From positions 248,001 to 312,000 of the IMG/VR virus record IMGVR_UViG_3300031951_000001: a stretch of DNA of 64,000 nt; one strand, 5' to 3'. Shown one piece after another: positions 10,515 through 21,645 of this stretch. The translations under genes and the position numbers were made by a program. Position 1 is the first letter of the stretch, and each line of letters begins with the position of its first letter. A model generated the notes under the pieces. It was not told the origin of the DNA. It saw only the letters and a list, made by a program, of their open reading frames with translations, and did no database searches.

Positions 10515-11662
10515 TGCAAGATAGGATTTATAATATAAGAATATCACCCGAGGTTATCAGTGATAAAATATTTCCAAAAATATTTTATCAGGATTATGAT
10601 ATCCCTAAAGATAAAAATCCTTGCTGCGATGAACCACCACCACCCCTGACAGGACAAACACCTAATACCGTATACATTTATTCGTCTATGACCGAAATCG
10701 TGTCGGCGGATAATGGAAATTCAATTCTCAATATAACGGTACCGATTTTCTTAACCGAAAACACAGTCGATGTAGGATATTATAGTGTGTTCGACGGTAT
10801 GGTTACCCAACAGGATACCATGATGAACTTTTTGTTTCAATCATCTGTGGCGGCCCCATACGTCTATTCTTTTTACAATACATCAGATAAACAATTCAAG
10901 AGATATCTAAAATTTGCTAATTATCAAATTGATTGGGGTGACGGAACACCGACAGAAACTGTTAATTCAACGGCTCCTACACCATATGTTCACACATACG
11001 CTTCAGATGGTGAGTTTGAGATAAGCATGTCAGGTCTAAGTCCTTGGGGATACAATGTTATAAAGAAGAAAGTTTTTACACCATATACTGATATTATTGC
11101 AGACAACCCAAATGGGGAAGCATTTTTCATACCGGCTGGTGGTAATTGGTCGGCAACACCTATATCATATAATTATATAATTCAATATGATGCGGAATGT
11201 GAAACAGATAATCCGTGTTGTGAATTTACACCAACTCCGTTTTTGATAACAGGGTATACCACATCTTCCTTATCATTAGTTGAACTTTATGGACCAACAA
11301 AATATAGAATTGACCAAAAAATAACAGGGGCATCAGGAACGGTTGCGGTTTTCAAGGGAGTAGCCGCAAACAATTCATTTACCGCATATACCATAAACGA
11401 TATAGAATATAGAGATTACCCAGATGGTAAAACTACATTCAGTGTTTATTCATCAGGATGTACTGACTTTTTAGTTTGTTCTGCAATAACAAAGGATGAA
11501 GCGTTAATGAATGTTGTAAGTGAACCCGAAATACTTTCAAACGTATTTATCGAAAGAGGTAAGAATACCGCACTTGAACAAATACAAAGATTAGGTGAGA
11601 TTGCAACATTTGGTGATTTAAGAAACTATGGGTACAGCTACTTTACTATAAAAACACAATAA
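10514..11662 (+). CDS. Putative structural protein with a PKD-like segment
   Basis: YQIDWGDGTPTETV...HTYASDGEFEI resembles the PKD/Ig WxxGDG...HTY motif. Confidence 0.55.
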   Translation: MQDRIYNIRISPEVISDKIFPKIFYQDYDIPKDKNPCCDEPPPPLTGQTPNTVYIYSSMTEIVSADNGNSILNITVPIFLTENTVDVGYYSVFDGMVTQQDTMMNFLFQSSVAAPYVYSFYNTSDKQFKRYLKFANYQIDWGDGTPTETVNSTAPTPYVHTYASDGEFEISMSGLSPWGYNVIKKKVFTPYTDIIADNPNGEAFFIPAGGNWSATPISYNYIIQYDAECETDNPCCEFTPTPFLITGYTTSSLSLVELYGPTKYRIDQKITGASGTVAVFKGVAANNSFTAYTINDIEYRDYPDGKTTFSVYSSGCTDFLVCSAITKDEALMNVVSEPEILSNVFIERGKNTALEQIQRLGEIATFGDLRNYGYSYFTIKTQ

Positions 11663-11679
11663 TAAAAACCAACTTTTCA

Positions 11680-11687
11680 TATTTATG
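11680..11687 (+). promoter_or_regulatory. Putative late promoter motif TATTTAT
   Basis: TATTTATG upstream of 11713. Confidence 0.5.
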
Positions 11688-11712
11688 TATAAGGGTTAAA
11701 AAATAAAATAAT

Positions 11713-12621
11713 ATGGCAACAGGAACATATGGTACAATAAGACCGGCAGACGTTAGTCCCGAGGATGTTGAGATAATTTTGAATTATACTCCATCTAGAG
11801 ACGAAACTGACAATTTTATATTAACTAAATTAGATTCAGGTGCAATTCTAAAACCATACTTTTGTAATGATGATACTGGTGGTAACGCTGGCATAGAAAT
11901 ATTGGGTGGGTTATATAATCTAACTTTACCTGCCGACACATTTAATAAGTTGGGAATTTATACCATTTTTGTAAGACCCACTCAAATTAGAACAACTATT
12001 TTGGATTGTGGTGTTTTATCCGCATTACCGAACGTGAGAGGGTTAGTTATTGATTTAAATTCTGTACCATCGGAGTATAGAAATAAATTCGTTGACCAAG
12101 GATTGGTCGGTTTTAGAATTGAGTATCTCAATTCAGATGGAACCAAAATACCTAACTTTTTCAGAATTATTACATCGTCATTCTTTTGTGAACCTGTTAT
12201 TCAAAACCTAACAAACACATCACAAAAGGCGATAAGATATCGTTATACAGATACAAATACAAATTTGATTTTTTGCACCCTAACACCATCATCATCACCA
12301 ACAAATAAGCCAAACGCCATTCCTTATATTGGACAACCAAATCAAAATATTATAATAACCAATACATTCTTTAATCCAATAACTTTGGATGTGGAGATTG
12401 CAGAACATGACTTCTCTACTCTTGCAATTGCTCTATTTGGTAATCAGACCAAATCTATTGATGATGGAATTTACACAATGTACGACACATCTAATAACAT
12501 TTACAAACAATACAACCTATATGAAGTACGTGACCAATTCAATGAGTTATTGTTTGAGGTTAGGGAAGACAGAGGAGATAATATTGATTTTAGTAAAAAC
12601 TTCACAAATATAACATCTTAA
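11713..12621 (+). CDS. Putative baseplate/tail structural protein
   Basis: 302-aa ORF with an upstream TATTTAT motif; stop overlaps the start of the gp7-like gene. Confidence 0.55.
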   Translation: MATGTYGTIRPADVSPEDVEIILNYTPSRDETDNFILTKLDSGAILKPYFCNDDTGGNAGIEILGGLYNLTLPADTFNKLGIYTIFVRPTQIRTTILDCGVLSALPNVRGLVIDLNSVPSEYRNKFVDQGLVGFRIEYLNSDGTKIPNFFRIITSSFFCEPVIQNLTNTSQKAIRYRYTDTNTNLIFCTLTPSSSPTNKPNAIPYIGQPNQNIIITNTFFNPITLDVEIAEHDFSTLAIALFGNQTKSIDDGIYTMYDTSNNIYKQYNLYEVRDQFNELLFEVREDRGDNIDFSKNFTNITS

Positions 12622-15600
12622 TGGCGATAAAGAAATTTACTTGTCCCCCTCAGGCTTCAGGCCAGGGTAGTTTTTCTGACAATCTCGTAGGTTTTCAACT
12701 AACCACGGGAGGAGGGTTAACGCAAGCAAATTTCGAGTTCTCAACAGGGGTCGTAGAAAAAGTTAATAGAACATTTAATACCGGTACATTTTCAGACCCA
12801 GTTAGTTTGGACTCACTTGGTATCGGGTCAGTAAATCAATCAAAGTTAATATTTGAGAATAACTTTAAGGTTTATCCTAATTTTGATTTATCTCAAATTA
12901 CAAATTTTGTTCAGTATGGTTCGATGTCTAAAAGGATGTCGGCATCTATAACAACGGTTATTAGTAAGTTCCCCGCGGGTATTGAAGTTAATAAACTTGG
13001 TATGGACTACACCAAGGGTGCGACGGCTTACAATATTGTATATTACCCAATCGATGACCAAAGTAGTATGGAGATATCCGTTGCTAAAATGGCTAACCCA
13101 TTTGGTGTTGATTTTACAGTAAACGCAACACGTAATTTACAGTTAAAGGAAGTTCAGGTATCACCACTCAGGAACATGACGGTTGAATATATTAATTATT
13201 CATTGTATGTTAATGGTGTTGGATACAACATCAAAAGAATTATTCCTACAGATAGTTTATCAACAGGGGTATTAAAAATATATGTTGAGGGAAGACCGTT
13301 CAGTGGGGTTACTGATGTTAGTGATACTCTTATAATAAGACCGAACGACCAACAAGTCTCAAAAGTATTCAACGAAGATTTAGACGAGGTTGAAAATTTT
13401 CTATTAAACAGAAATCTTACTCCGATTTATACTGCTGCATTTAAGATACCACTTGAGGCTGATGATGGAAGATTTTATGTTGCAACACAAAATATAAGTT
13501 GGCCTTTAGATGGAAGATGGAATTTGGATATCAGAACGCCTAATTTTACAAACTATATTGAAAAGATAGGTGAAGCTAGTGAGAATTTTGATGGATACTT
13601 GACCAACTTGGTAAGTAGATTTTTAGTGACAGGGGCATTTAAAGACTTTGATACACAAGGACAAAAAGTTGAAAAAATATTACAAATTTTTGGTAGAAGT
13701 TTCGATGATACTAAAAAGTACATAACCGCTTTAGGGTTTATGAATTCCGTAAATTATAACACCGGAAATGATATACCTTCACAACTTTTAAAGAATTTAG
13801 CTCAAACTTTAGGGTTTAACACTGACATATCACCAATAACTAATTCAGACTTTTTAAGTTCGGTTTTCGGACAAAAAAACAATGATAAATCTAGCTTTGC
13901 GGGAGTCTCAATACAACAAACACCCGATGAGTTAAATTATCAATATTATAGAAATTTATGTCTAAACGCGGCTTTTCTATTCAAATCAAAGGGTACTCGT
14001 AAATCAATTGAGGTATTGATGAGATTGATTGGGGCTCCCGATGCTCTTGTTGATTTTAATGAATATGTTTATGTTGCGGACCAAAAGATTAAATTAAGTC
14101 AATTTGATAAAAAGTTTGCTCTTATATCGGGTGGTACTTATTTGGAACAGGTCGCGGTTTTAGACCCGACAGATGTGTTCTCAATATTCGGGGTTAAATA
14201 TACAGGGTTTACCACCAATTTTATTATTGATGATGTTAATATAGGGATAGGTGCTTATCCGATTGACGAACAAGGATATCCGATTGCTCCTAATGACACA
14301 GAAAATTACTTCTTTCAGATTGGTAGTGGTTGGTTTGAATCGACGCCAAAACATAGGTCTCCGGCTCAACCTAATTTAACAACAAGCGTATTCACAGGGG
14401 CAAATCCTGACTATCAGACGAGCTTAATCCCATATACATATGGACAAATTTATTTAGATAGATATAGAAATTTCCCGTATATGAGCATGGGTTTCAAATT
14501 GACTCAAATACCCGATAACAATAAGAGTTGGACTGATGCTGAAACTGGACTCAGAGAAAATTTAGATGGTAACTTTAACGCTCGTTATTATGTTGATAAT
14601 GAAAAGTTAGTATTAAATGCCAAGAACATAGACCTATTCATGAATCCTGGACAAGGATTGTTATATGATGTGTGGTATATGTCAAGACAATATAATTATC
14701 CTATTGCAAACCAAGGACTTGGGTGGGTACAACCTACAAGGTGTAATCCTGACCCTTATACTATGTATCCGAGTAGAGATGGGGTCGATTGGACGGTAAT
14801 TAATCCACAACCAAGACAGAAAACATTTTTTGAATTTGCTCAAACATTTTGGCAGAACACAATCAATGTTAGAAACAGACAATATTTTGGAGCATACCCG
14901 ACTTTAGAATCAATATATTGGAGATACCTAGAATCACAAAAAAATGTGGGAATTGAAAATAACAACTTCAATTACCAAAGTATGATGGAGTATGTTCAGG
15001 ATATGGGGGATTATTGGATTAGACTAGTTGAACAGATGATACCCGCAACAACTTTATGGAATACAGGTATCAAATATGAAAATTCAATTTTTCACAGACA
15101 AAAATATGTTTGGAGAAGACAGGCTGGTTGCCAGATTGTTGCAATACCCTGCAAACCCTGTACCGTTACGGATAATATATTCACAGATAATTGTCCCGTT
15201 CAAACAGCGACTTGTTCCCTATATCCATGGAATCCGAACTCAAGTCAAATACAAAGTTTTGCCGCTATATTAGGTAACATTGTAAATAAGTATTTAACCA
15301 ATAATGGATTGAGTTTAAATCAATGTGTTTCGGATAGTATAAATTCTATTTGGTATGTTGACATCAGATTACAGGGGATTCAGTTAACGCAGTACCCATT
15401 TTTTAATGGAGTTGGTTATAATTTAGATGGATTGAGTTATCCTTCTAATTCGGATTGGTATAACGGTATAAATGAAGCCCTAATGTCTTTATCTAATTAT
15501 GGTTATAGTTACTATTTAACAGATACTGATGAAGTTGTAGTGATTAATAATATATGTTCATTGAACAGTAGTGGTATTTTGTTAGAAATAAATGTAGGTA

Positions 15601-15626
15601 TAGAATTTACAATAAGTTGTAATTAA
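12621..15626 (+). CDS. Baseplate wedge protein, gp7 / P2 gpI-like
   Basis: LLKNLAQTLGF...FLFKSKGTRKSIEVLMRLIG matches the KGT..S...L motif of gp7/tail protein I families. Confidence 0.6.
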   Translation: MAIKKFTCPPQASGQGSFSDNLVGFQLTTGGGLTQANFEFSTGVVEKVNRTFNTGTFSDPVSLDSLGIGSVNQSKLIFENNFKVYPNFDLSQITNFVQYGSMSKRMSASITTVISKFPAGIEVNKLGMDYTKGATAYNIVYYPIDDQSSMEISVAKMANPFGVDFTVNATRNLQLKEVQVSPLRNMTVEYINYSLYVNGVGYNIKRIIPTDSLSTGVLKIYVEGRPFSGVTDVSDTLIIRPNDQQVSKVFNEDLDEVENFLLNRNLTPIYTAAFKIPLEADDGRFYVATQNISWPLDGRWNLDIRTPNFTNYIEKIGEASENFDGYLTNLVSRFLVTGAFKDFDTQGQKVEKILQIFGRSFDDTKKYITALGFMNSVNYNTGNDIPSQLLKNLAQTLGFNTDISPITNSDFLSSVFGQKNNDKSSFAGVSIQQTPDELNYQYYRNLCLNAAFLFKSKGTRKSIEVLMRLIGAPDALVDFNEYVYVADQKIKLSQFDKKFALISGGTYLEQVAVLDPTDVFSIFGVKYTGFTTNFIIDDVNIGIGAYPIDEQGYPIAPNDTENYFFQIGSGWFESTPKHRSPAQPNLTTSVFTGANPDYQTSLIPYTYGQIYLDRYRNFPYMSMGFKLTQIPDNNKSWTDAETGLRENLDGNFNARYYVDNEKLVLNAKNIDLFMNPGQGLLYDVWYMSRQYNYPIANQGLGWVQPTRCNPDPYTMYPSRDGVDWTVINPQPRQKTFFEFAQTFWQNTINVRNRQYFGAYPTLESIYWRYLESQKNVGIENNNFNYQSMMEYVQDMGDYWIRLVEQMIPATTLWNTGIKYENSIFHRQKYVWRRQAGCQIVAIPCKPCTVTDNIFTDNCPVQTATCSLYPWNPNSSQIQSFAAILGNIVNKYLTNNGLSLNQCVSDSINSIWYVDIRLQGIQLTQYPFFNGVGYNLDGLSYPSNSDWYNGINEALMSLSNYGYSYYLTDTDEVVVINNICSLNSSGILLEINVGIEFTISCN

Positions 15627-18600
15627 TGGCGATATGTAGTTTAACATATAGATTATCAGTGACTGGCGATTGTACTAACCAAGGTCTTGGGGCGTTCAAT
15701 CTTCAGGTACAAGGTAGGGCTCCGTTTTTTTACCAATTTTTTTCACCATTTGACGACCCATTACCAATCCCTTTTGGGGATGGGGTAAGTGAGTTAACTA
15801 TAAGTAATCTAACACCAAACACGTATTCATTACAAATCACAGATAGTTGTGTCCCACCCACTAGACAAATAGTTAACGTAATAATATCTGATGGAGTATG
15901 TGTTTCTTTATTGGACCATGCAAATACAACTTGTGATGCACCAAACGGGTCGATTACCGCAAGAACTGATAATAACTTACAATTAACCCAATATTTTTTA
16001 TATGAAAACACAAGAGGTTATGTTACTTCAGGAGTTTCTTCTTTAGATGATTTTGTTTTCAGAGATTTGTCAGGAGGTACTTATTATGTGGTGGTAAATG
16101 ACGGAGGGGGATGTACAGGTAGGTCTGAAAGTTGTATAATTAAACCCTCAACTCCGTTTGATTACGGTTTTTACATAGTAAACGATTCACCATGTACAAC
16201 TAACACCGGTAAAGTATTCGTAACCGGCCTAACGGGAACCGAACCATACACGTATCAATGGAATACTGGAAGTATTGAACCTTCGATAACAGGTTTATCA
16301 AATGGTAATTATTCTGTCACAGTAGTTGATGCGACAGGATGTAGGAAATCAAAAAATGTTACAGTAGGTATGGTAAGGGCGATAGGGGTTGCTGAATTGA
16401 TTACTATCCCACCGTCTTGTTCGGGTAATGATGGTCAAATAACCATAGTAGTTACAGGAGGAACAACTCCATATTATTATCTTGGTAGTAATGGACAAAG
16501 TTTAATTACTTTTAGCGAAACATTTAGTTTAACTGGAATACCATCTGGTAACTATTCCATTACAATCACTGACGCAGCCTTATGTTCTACTAGTATTTCA
16601 CAAACACTTGTAACCCCAAATGGATTTACTATAGGAAACATTGGAGTTGTTAACTCAACTTGTAACAATTCTTCAGGAGCATTGAGCCCCATAACACTAA
16701 TTGGAGGAAACCCCCCATTTACGTATACTCTTACTTATCCATCGGGTAATTCGATACAGCAAACAGTAAACGGGAACTCAAATCAGTTTCAAGGACTATC
16801 CGCCGGCACATATACACTAACAATTTCAAATGGTCCGTGTACTTTCACAAATACGTATACAATTAATAATATTGAAAAATATACCGTAACGACTTCCTCC
16901 ACAGGAACAACCTGTAATGGTAGTAATGGTAGTATATCTGCAAGAGTATCTTCAGGGTTTACCTTACCTTTAAGTTATCAATTAACAGGGCAACCTACAA
17001 TTAGTAATACATCACAGACCGTAGTCACATTTAACAATTTATTTTCAGGTAGTTACCAATTAACAGTAACTGACGCTTTACTATGTTCACAAGTACAAAA
17101 TGTAACGGTAACCGCAGCTGATAGCATTGATTTTTCTATGGCAGGAACCAATCTAAATTTTGGTAACGATGGAACAATTCAGGTTTATATAACCGAAGGG
17201 CCTGCACCTTATAATATACAATGGAGTGATAATGTTAATGGTCAAACAGGTTTGAATTTAACTAATCTTTCAGCCGGAACATATAGTGTTCTTATTACCG
17301 ATGCTAATGGGTGCCAATTGAGTCATCAATTGACTTTGGTAGGGTATAATAACAGAGGTGGATATGAAACGTATAACTATTGCCAAACAGAGTTTGTATC
17401 AAATGGTTTAACAGTTTTAAAGAGACCCCAAAATATGTTTTTAGAAGGGTTTTACGATTTAACTTCGGGTGAAACGAACTGTATTTTAAATGAGGCTATT
17501 TTTACTGCGGTAATTAGTGTTGATGGGACAGTTGTCGAGCAACCATTTTATACAAGTAACAGTTTAGGTGACTATCCATCAGACCAATTGTGGTTTAATA
17601 CGATAGATTCTATTTTAACATCTTTCGATTCAATTGGTAATGTCACCATAGACCCTGCTCAAAATAGTATAACTCTTCAAAGTAGTTGTACTGATAGTGG
17701 ATTAAGTTTGAACAGTGCTGAAGTAAGCGTTGATTTCAAAATTTCGTATGACATTTCCTGTGTATGTAAAGTTATACCAATACCAGGACCTGTATTTAAC
17801 ACATGTGATATGATATATACCGACGCTTCATCCCAAATATATAATTATGTTTTAAGTTCAGATACGAGCACTTTATTAAGTGTTGATGGATATAATTTTG
17901 ATACCCCAAGTATTGCCTATACCAATACAAAATTGTGGGCGTACACTACATCAGCCGGTTCAACCTCAATTAGAGAATGGGATATTACTCTGAATCCATT
18001 TACCGCTTTATATAATAGAACAATAACTTTAGGATTTGCGATTGGTAATGCAATAGGAGTTAAATCAGGTAATATATTAATTACAACAAATGCGGATGTA
18101 ACACCTAATAGATATATTGAAATAAATGTTTCAGGAATATCTCCTGTTGTTACAAATAAAGTTAATTTAGAAAACTTCGAAGAAGTTGTAGGAAGTATAG
18201 TTAATGGAAATGACGGAAACTTCTATGTGTTAATTCAAAATAATCTGAATGAACCATTTGTCGATTATTACTTAAAAATCGTTAGTACTTTCGATTATTC
18301 GACTACATTCACATTGGAATTAACACCTACTATAGTAGGTGTTCCTTCAGGATTATTCTTTAATCCTGATTTGGTAAATAATTCTATAATTTATTTGGTT
18401 GATGATGCTGCTAATATATATCAAGTCACTTTATCCCAACCAAATAGCGTATTATCATATGGTTCTATCGGAGGAGCGGTAATAACCCCTAGCTTATATC
18501 AAGGTAATAGTTGTTTCACACCAGAATTTGTTTTACCAACATTACCATGTGGACAAAATAGTACATTAGGGTTTATTAACCTGAATAATACAACAGGTGG

Positions 18601-19114
18601 TTATTTTGTAACAAGAGTTAATTTGGGGTCTGCAACAGGAATTGCAGAATTAACAATACAGGGAAGTACTAATTCTAGACACCAAATAATTTGGAATGGA
18701 AACATAGTTGCTGACTCATTATTCTTGACTGGTGTAAATGATAATGCGGGTTTGAATATTAGTATTAATGAAATTATACAATACACCCAATTAAATAAAT
18801 ATAATTATACTCCTGGTACCGGTAATGCTACTCAAGTATTCCCTAATTCAGATTGGACCTCAAATGGAACAATAAATGTTAGCTATACTGCTAATGATGT
18901 TGCTCCATTAACTCCGCAAAGATTGTTTGGTTCGGTTGGAAATCAAATAGGGGTTGTGGAGAATTACCCGACTCCGGCTTCTTTAGCAAGTGATACTGAT
19001 ATAAAACTTCAGTTTACAAAAACTTTACCAAACCCAACTTACGTTGAAATTGTTACTATTTGTGCGGCTTTTGCGGGGGGTAATTACGAATTTAATATGA
19101 GATGTATAACCTAA
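15626..19114 (+). CDS. SprB-repeat surface/structural protein with a C-terminal propeller-like module
   Basis: Several GGTxPYTYxW...GLSxGxYSVTVxDAxGC units (e.g. GTEPYTYQWNTGSIEPSITGLSNGNYSVTVVDATGC); the module near 17800-18530 resembles those of the 3782-aa protein. Confidence 0.7.
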   Translation: MAICSLTYRLSVTGDCTNQGLGAFNLQVQGRAPFFYQFFSPFDDPLPIPFGDGVSELTISNLTPNTYSLQITDSCVPPTRQIVNVIISDGVCVSLLDHANTTCDAPNGSITARTDNNLQLTQYFLYENTRGYVTSGVSSLDDFVFRDLSGGTYYVVVNDGGGCTGRSESCIIKPSTPFDYGFYIVNDSPCTTNTGKVFVTGLTGTEPYTYQWNTGSIEPSITGLSNGNYSVTVVDATGCRKSKNVTVGMVRAIGVAELITIPPSCSGNDGQITIVVTGGTTPYYYLGSNGQSLITFSETFSLTGIPSGNYSITITDAALCSTSISQTLVTPNGFTIGNIGVVNSTCNNSSGALSPITLIGGNPPFTYTLTYPSGNSIQQTVNGNSNQFQGLSAGTYTLTISNGPCTFTNTYTINNIEKYTVTTSSTGTTCNGSNGSISARVSSGFTLPLSYQLTGQPTISNTSQTVVTFNNLFSGSYQLTVTDALLCSQVQNVTVTAADSIDFSMAGTNLNFGNDGTIQVYITEGPAPYNIQWSDNVNGQTGLNLTNLSAGTYSVLITDANGCQLSHQLTLVGYNNRGGYETYNYCQTEFVSNGLTVLKRPQNMFLEGFYDLTSGETNCILNEAIFTAVISVDGTVVEQPFYTSNSLGDYPSDQLWFNTIDSILTSFDSIGNVTIDPAQNSITLQSSCTDSGLSLNSAEVSVDFKISYDISCVCKVIPIPGPVFNTCDMIYTDASSQIYNYVLSSDTSTLLSVDGYNFDTPSIAYTNTKLWAYTTSAGSTSIREWDITLNPFTALYNRTITLGFAIGNAIGVKSGNILITTNADVTPNRYIEINVSGISPVVTNKVNLENFEEVVGSIVNGNDGNFYVLIQNNLNEPFVDYYLKIVSTFDYSTTFTLELTPTIVGVPSGLFFNPDLVNNSIIYLVDDAANIYQVTLSQPNSVLSYGSIGGAVITPSLYQGNSCFTPEFVLPTLPCGQNSTLGFINLNNTTGGYFVTRVNLGSATGIAELTIQGSTNSRHQIIWNGNIVADSLFLTGVNDNAGLNISINEIIQYTQLNKYNYTPGTGNATQVFPNSDWTSNGTINVSYTANDVAPLTPQRLFGSVGNQIGVVENYPTPASLASDTDIKLQFTKTLPNPTYVEIVTICAAFAGGNYEFNMRCIT

Positions 19115-19144
19115 AGAATAAATTAAAAGATTACTTAAAAATAA

Positions 19145-21619
19145 ATGGCTGCTAATTTTTATAATTTTGAATTTTGTTGTAGTAATTTAGGAACAACCAT
19201 ATCGGCAAATGATATTGGTCAACCAAGTTTTGCGTCAAATCAGGTCTATTTTTTAGAATCATTAATTTTGTCAGGATGTGTGAGGGCCATAAGTGTTTCC
19301 TCATCCCCAGCAGGTGAAATCATATTAGATGATGCGAATTATACTCTAACCAGTTATAATAGTTGTTCATTGTGTACAGGGTCAACTGGTGGATGTTTCC
19401 CACCTGTGCCAACCCCAACTCCTACAATCTATTATAGTTCAGATACTAGATGTGGTAATGGAATACTAAAAAGAAATGAATGTGACCCTATAGTTATATT
19501 CCCAATGGGAGTTCAATGTGTTGGTGCAAATCCAACTTTGACGACAATACCTGATGGGTCTTTGTCACTAATAATCACAGGTGGAACACCACCTTATACT
19601 GTTACGTGGAGTACTGGAGGTAATGGATTACTTCTAACTAATTTAGGTGTTGGGAGCTATAGCTCAATTGTTGTGGATTATTATGGTGATTTCACGGCTT
19701 ATACTACTTGTACTTTAACCGCTCCAACTCCAGTGCCTACAGAAACTAGATTAACCAACACACCAACAGTTACACAAACAGTTACGCCGACCCCGGACCC
19801 TAGTTATCCTTCATTCTGCTTAACATTGACTAATATTAGGCCACCACAAACAATTAACATGTATTTTACATATACTGGGGAATTGTTAAACAGTATGCCT
19901 CAGTATTTAAGTAATAATAACTATAATATATATTGGTCCACAGACCAAGTCCCTAATAGTTGGGTATTAGACGGCACACTAACCCAAGGTAATGTTATAA
20001 ACTATACAACAGATATCACACCGTTATCAGGGTGGGTATTTTTGGACCCGCAAAATCAAGGGTCTGTTACAGGTATTTTAGGTGAATGTGCATCTTACGG
20101 AAATTTGTGTTTTACTTATAGACAAATCAAAGGTCCTGGTGACCCATTATATGAAGGTGTAATTGATTTATTTTATACAGGACAGATTAATGGGTATCCT
20201 TCATGGCAATCTTCTGATGGTACGTATATTCTTACTTGGCAAACTACTAATGGAGGTAGATGGGTAATTGATTTTACAACAAATCCTAAGTATACTAATC
20301 CGACTAATTCAAATCCATCGATACCGCCATTAACAGGATGGCAACAACCTGGTACAACACCACCTAGTTTTGCAACAATATATGAAGGTAATTGTACTCC
20401 AAGTACTACAGTCGGAACAGCATCCCTCAATGGAAGTAATAACAACACAAGCGGTGGGGGAAGTGTAATCGGAGGAGGACTTGGAGGTAATACTAGCGGT
20501 TTAGTTTCTGGAAATAATTTAGGAGGGGCTTTAACAACTAATAATCCATCCACGGGAGATATACCATTTAATGATACGGAGGGTAGAGACGGAACTACAA
20601 CCCTTGGTGGATATCAATGCGAGTGTATTGCGGTTAGAACAATAAGTACTTACCCCGGAATCGCATTTTACACAGATTGTGATGGTAATCCCGCACAGAT
20701 ATCTGTACCTGGAGGTATAGGAGTAAATGCGAGAGCTTGTATATGTAGAAGAGTTGGGACAACAGTAACGGGAGGGGTTATTGAAGAGCCATGTCAAACC
20801 GCTCAAAGCGCGGGGGGACAAACTTCAATAACAAATTATTGTTTAGATATTTTGGGAGATTCTTGTAATCAAAATGTTACAGGTGGAGGAACTCGTAGTG
20901 CGGTTACTACCGCAGAAGATACCGGAATAATAAATGACGGTAACATAACTTTTAGGGCTTCAGGAGGATATCCACCCTACCAGTATTCAATAGACGGAGG
21001 ATTAACATATAAATCTTCACCACTGTTCAGTAAATTAGGACCTGGCAGTTATAATACAATTATAAAAGATTCTTCAGGTAATACGTACAGTAATCAGGTT
21101 ACTTTGTTCGGACCTGTAGGACCTACTATTTACCAAGTATCGCTTGAAACAAGCAACGTAATACCTAGAAGTGCTTCTAATGTAACTACAAGACAATTTA
21201 CATCGACTATTAAGGTAACTCCTGATTTACCCGATGGAGTTGTTCTAACTTTTGATTTAATACATACGGATACCTTTAGAAGGTCTCCATCATTAACTGC
21301 AGCTACTTTAGTTACGAGTAGTTTACTGAAAAAGAATTCATTTAATTACACAGCATCTACGGTGGTATCAGATACAGGTACGACTCTAAATACAAATTCA
21401 GGTTGCCAACAGAAAGTAATTTATGTAAATAATTTAACAGAAACTTGGACATCTGTAAAATACTCAAAGACGGACACACTGTCTCTAATTACATCAACTA
21501 GTGTAACAAGAAATTCAATAGACAAGTGTTACATAGGAGAATCTATTGATGATTTTACATTAACAAATTTAACAATAAGTGGATGTAGTAATTGCGGTGT
21601 TTCAAACATTACAGTATAA
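19145..21619 (+). CDS. Modular Cys-rich surface/structural protein with SprB-like units
   Basis: N-terminal CC module, SprB-like units (ITGGTPPYTVTWST; SGGYPPYQYSIDGG), a T/P linker and a Gly-rich stretch. Confidence 0.6.
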   Translation: MAANFYNFEFCCSNLGTTISANDIGQPSFASNQVYFLESLILSGCVRAISVSSSPAGEIILDDANYTLTSYNSCSLCTGSTGGCFPPVPTPTPTIYYSSDTRCGNGILKRNECDPIVIFPMGVQCVGANPTLTTIPDGSLSLIITGGTPPYTVTWSTGGNGLLLTNLGVGSYSSIVVDYYGDFTAYTTCTLTAPTPVPTETRLTNTPTVTQTVTPTPDPSYPSFCLTLTNIRPPQTINMYFTYTGELLNSMPQYLSNNNYNIYWSTDQVPNSWVLDGTLTQGNVINYTTDITPLSGWVFLDPQNQGSVTGILGECASYGNLCFTYRQIKGPGDPLYEGVIDLFYTGQINGYPSWQSSDGTYILTWQTTNGGRWVIDFTTNPKYTNPTNSNPSIPPLTGWQQPGTTPPSFATIYEGNCTPSTTVGTASLNGSNNNTSGGGSVIGGGLGGNTSGLVSGNNLGGALTTNNPSTGDIPFNDTEGRDGTTTLGGYQCECIAVRTISTYPGIAFYTDCDGNPAQISVPGGIGVNARACICRRVGTTVTGGVIEEPCQTAQSAGGQTSITNYCLDILGDSCNQNVTGGGTRSAVTTAEDTGIINDGNITFRASGGYPPYQYSIDGGLTYKSSPLFSKLGPGSYNTIIKDSSGNTYSNQVTLFGPVGPTIYQVSLETSNVIPRSASNVTTRQFTSTIKVTPDLPDGVVLTFDLIHTDTFRRSPSLTAATLVTSSLLKKNSFNYTASTVVSDTGTTLNTNSGCQQKVIYVNNLTETWTSVKYSKTDTLSLITSTSVTRNSIDKCYIGESIDDFTLTNLTISGCSNCGVSNITV

Positions 21620-21633
21620 AAAAAGTTTTTCTA

Positions 21634-21641
21634 TATTTATA
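21634..21641 (+). promoter_or_regulatory. Putative late promoter motif TATTTAT
   Basis: TATTTATA 4 nt before ATG 21646. Confidence 0.5.
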
Positions 21642-21645
21642 GACA

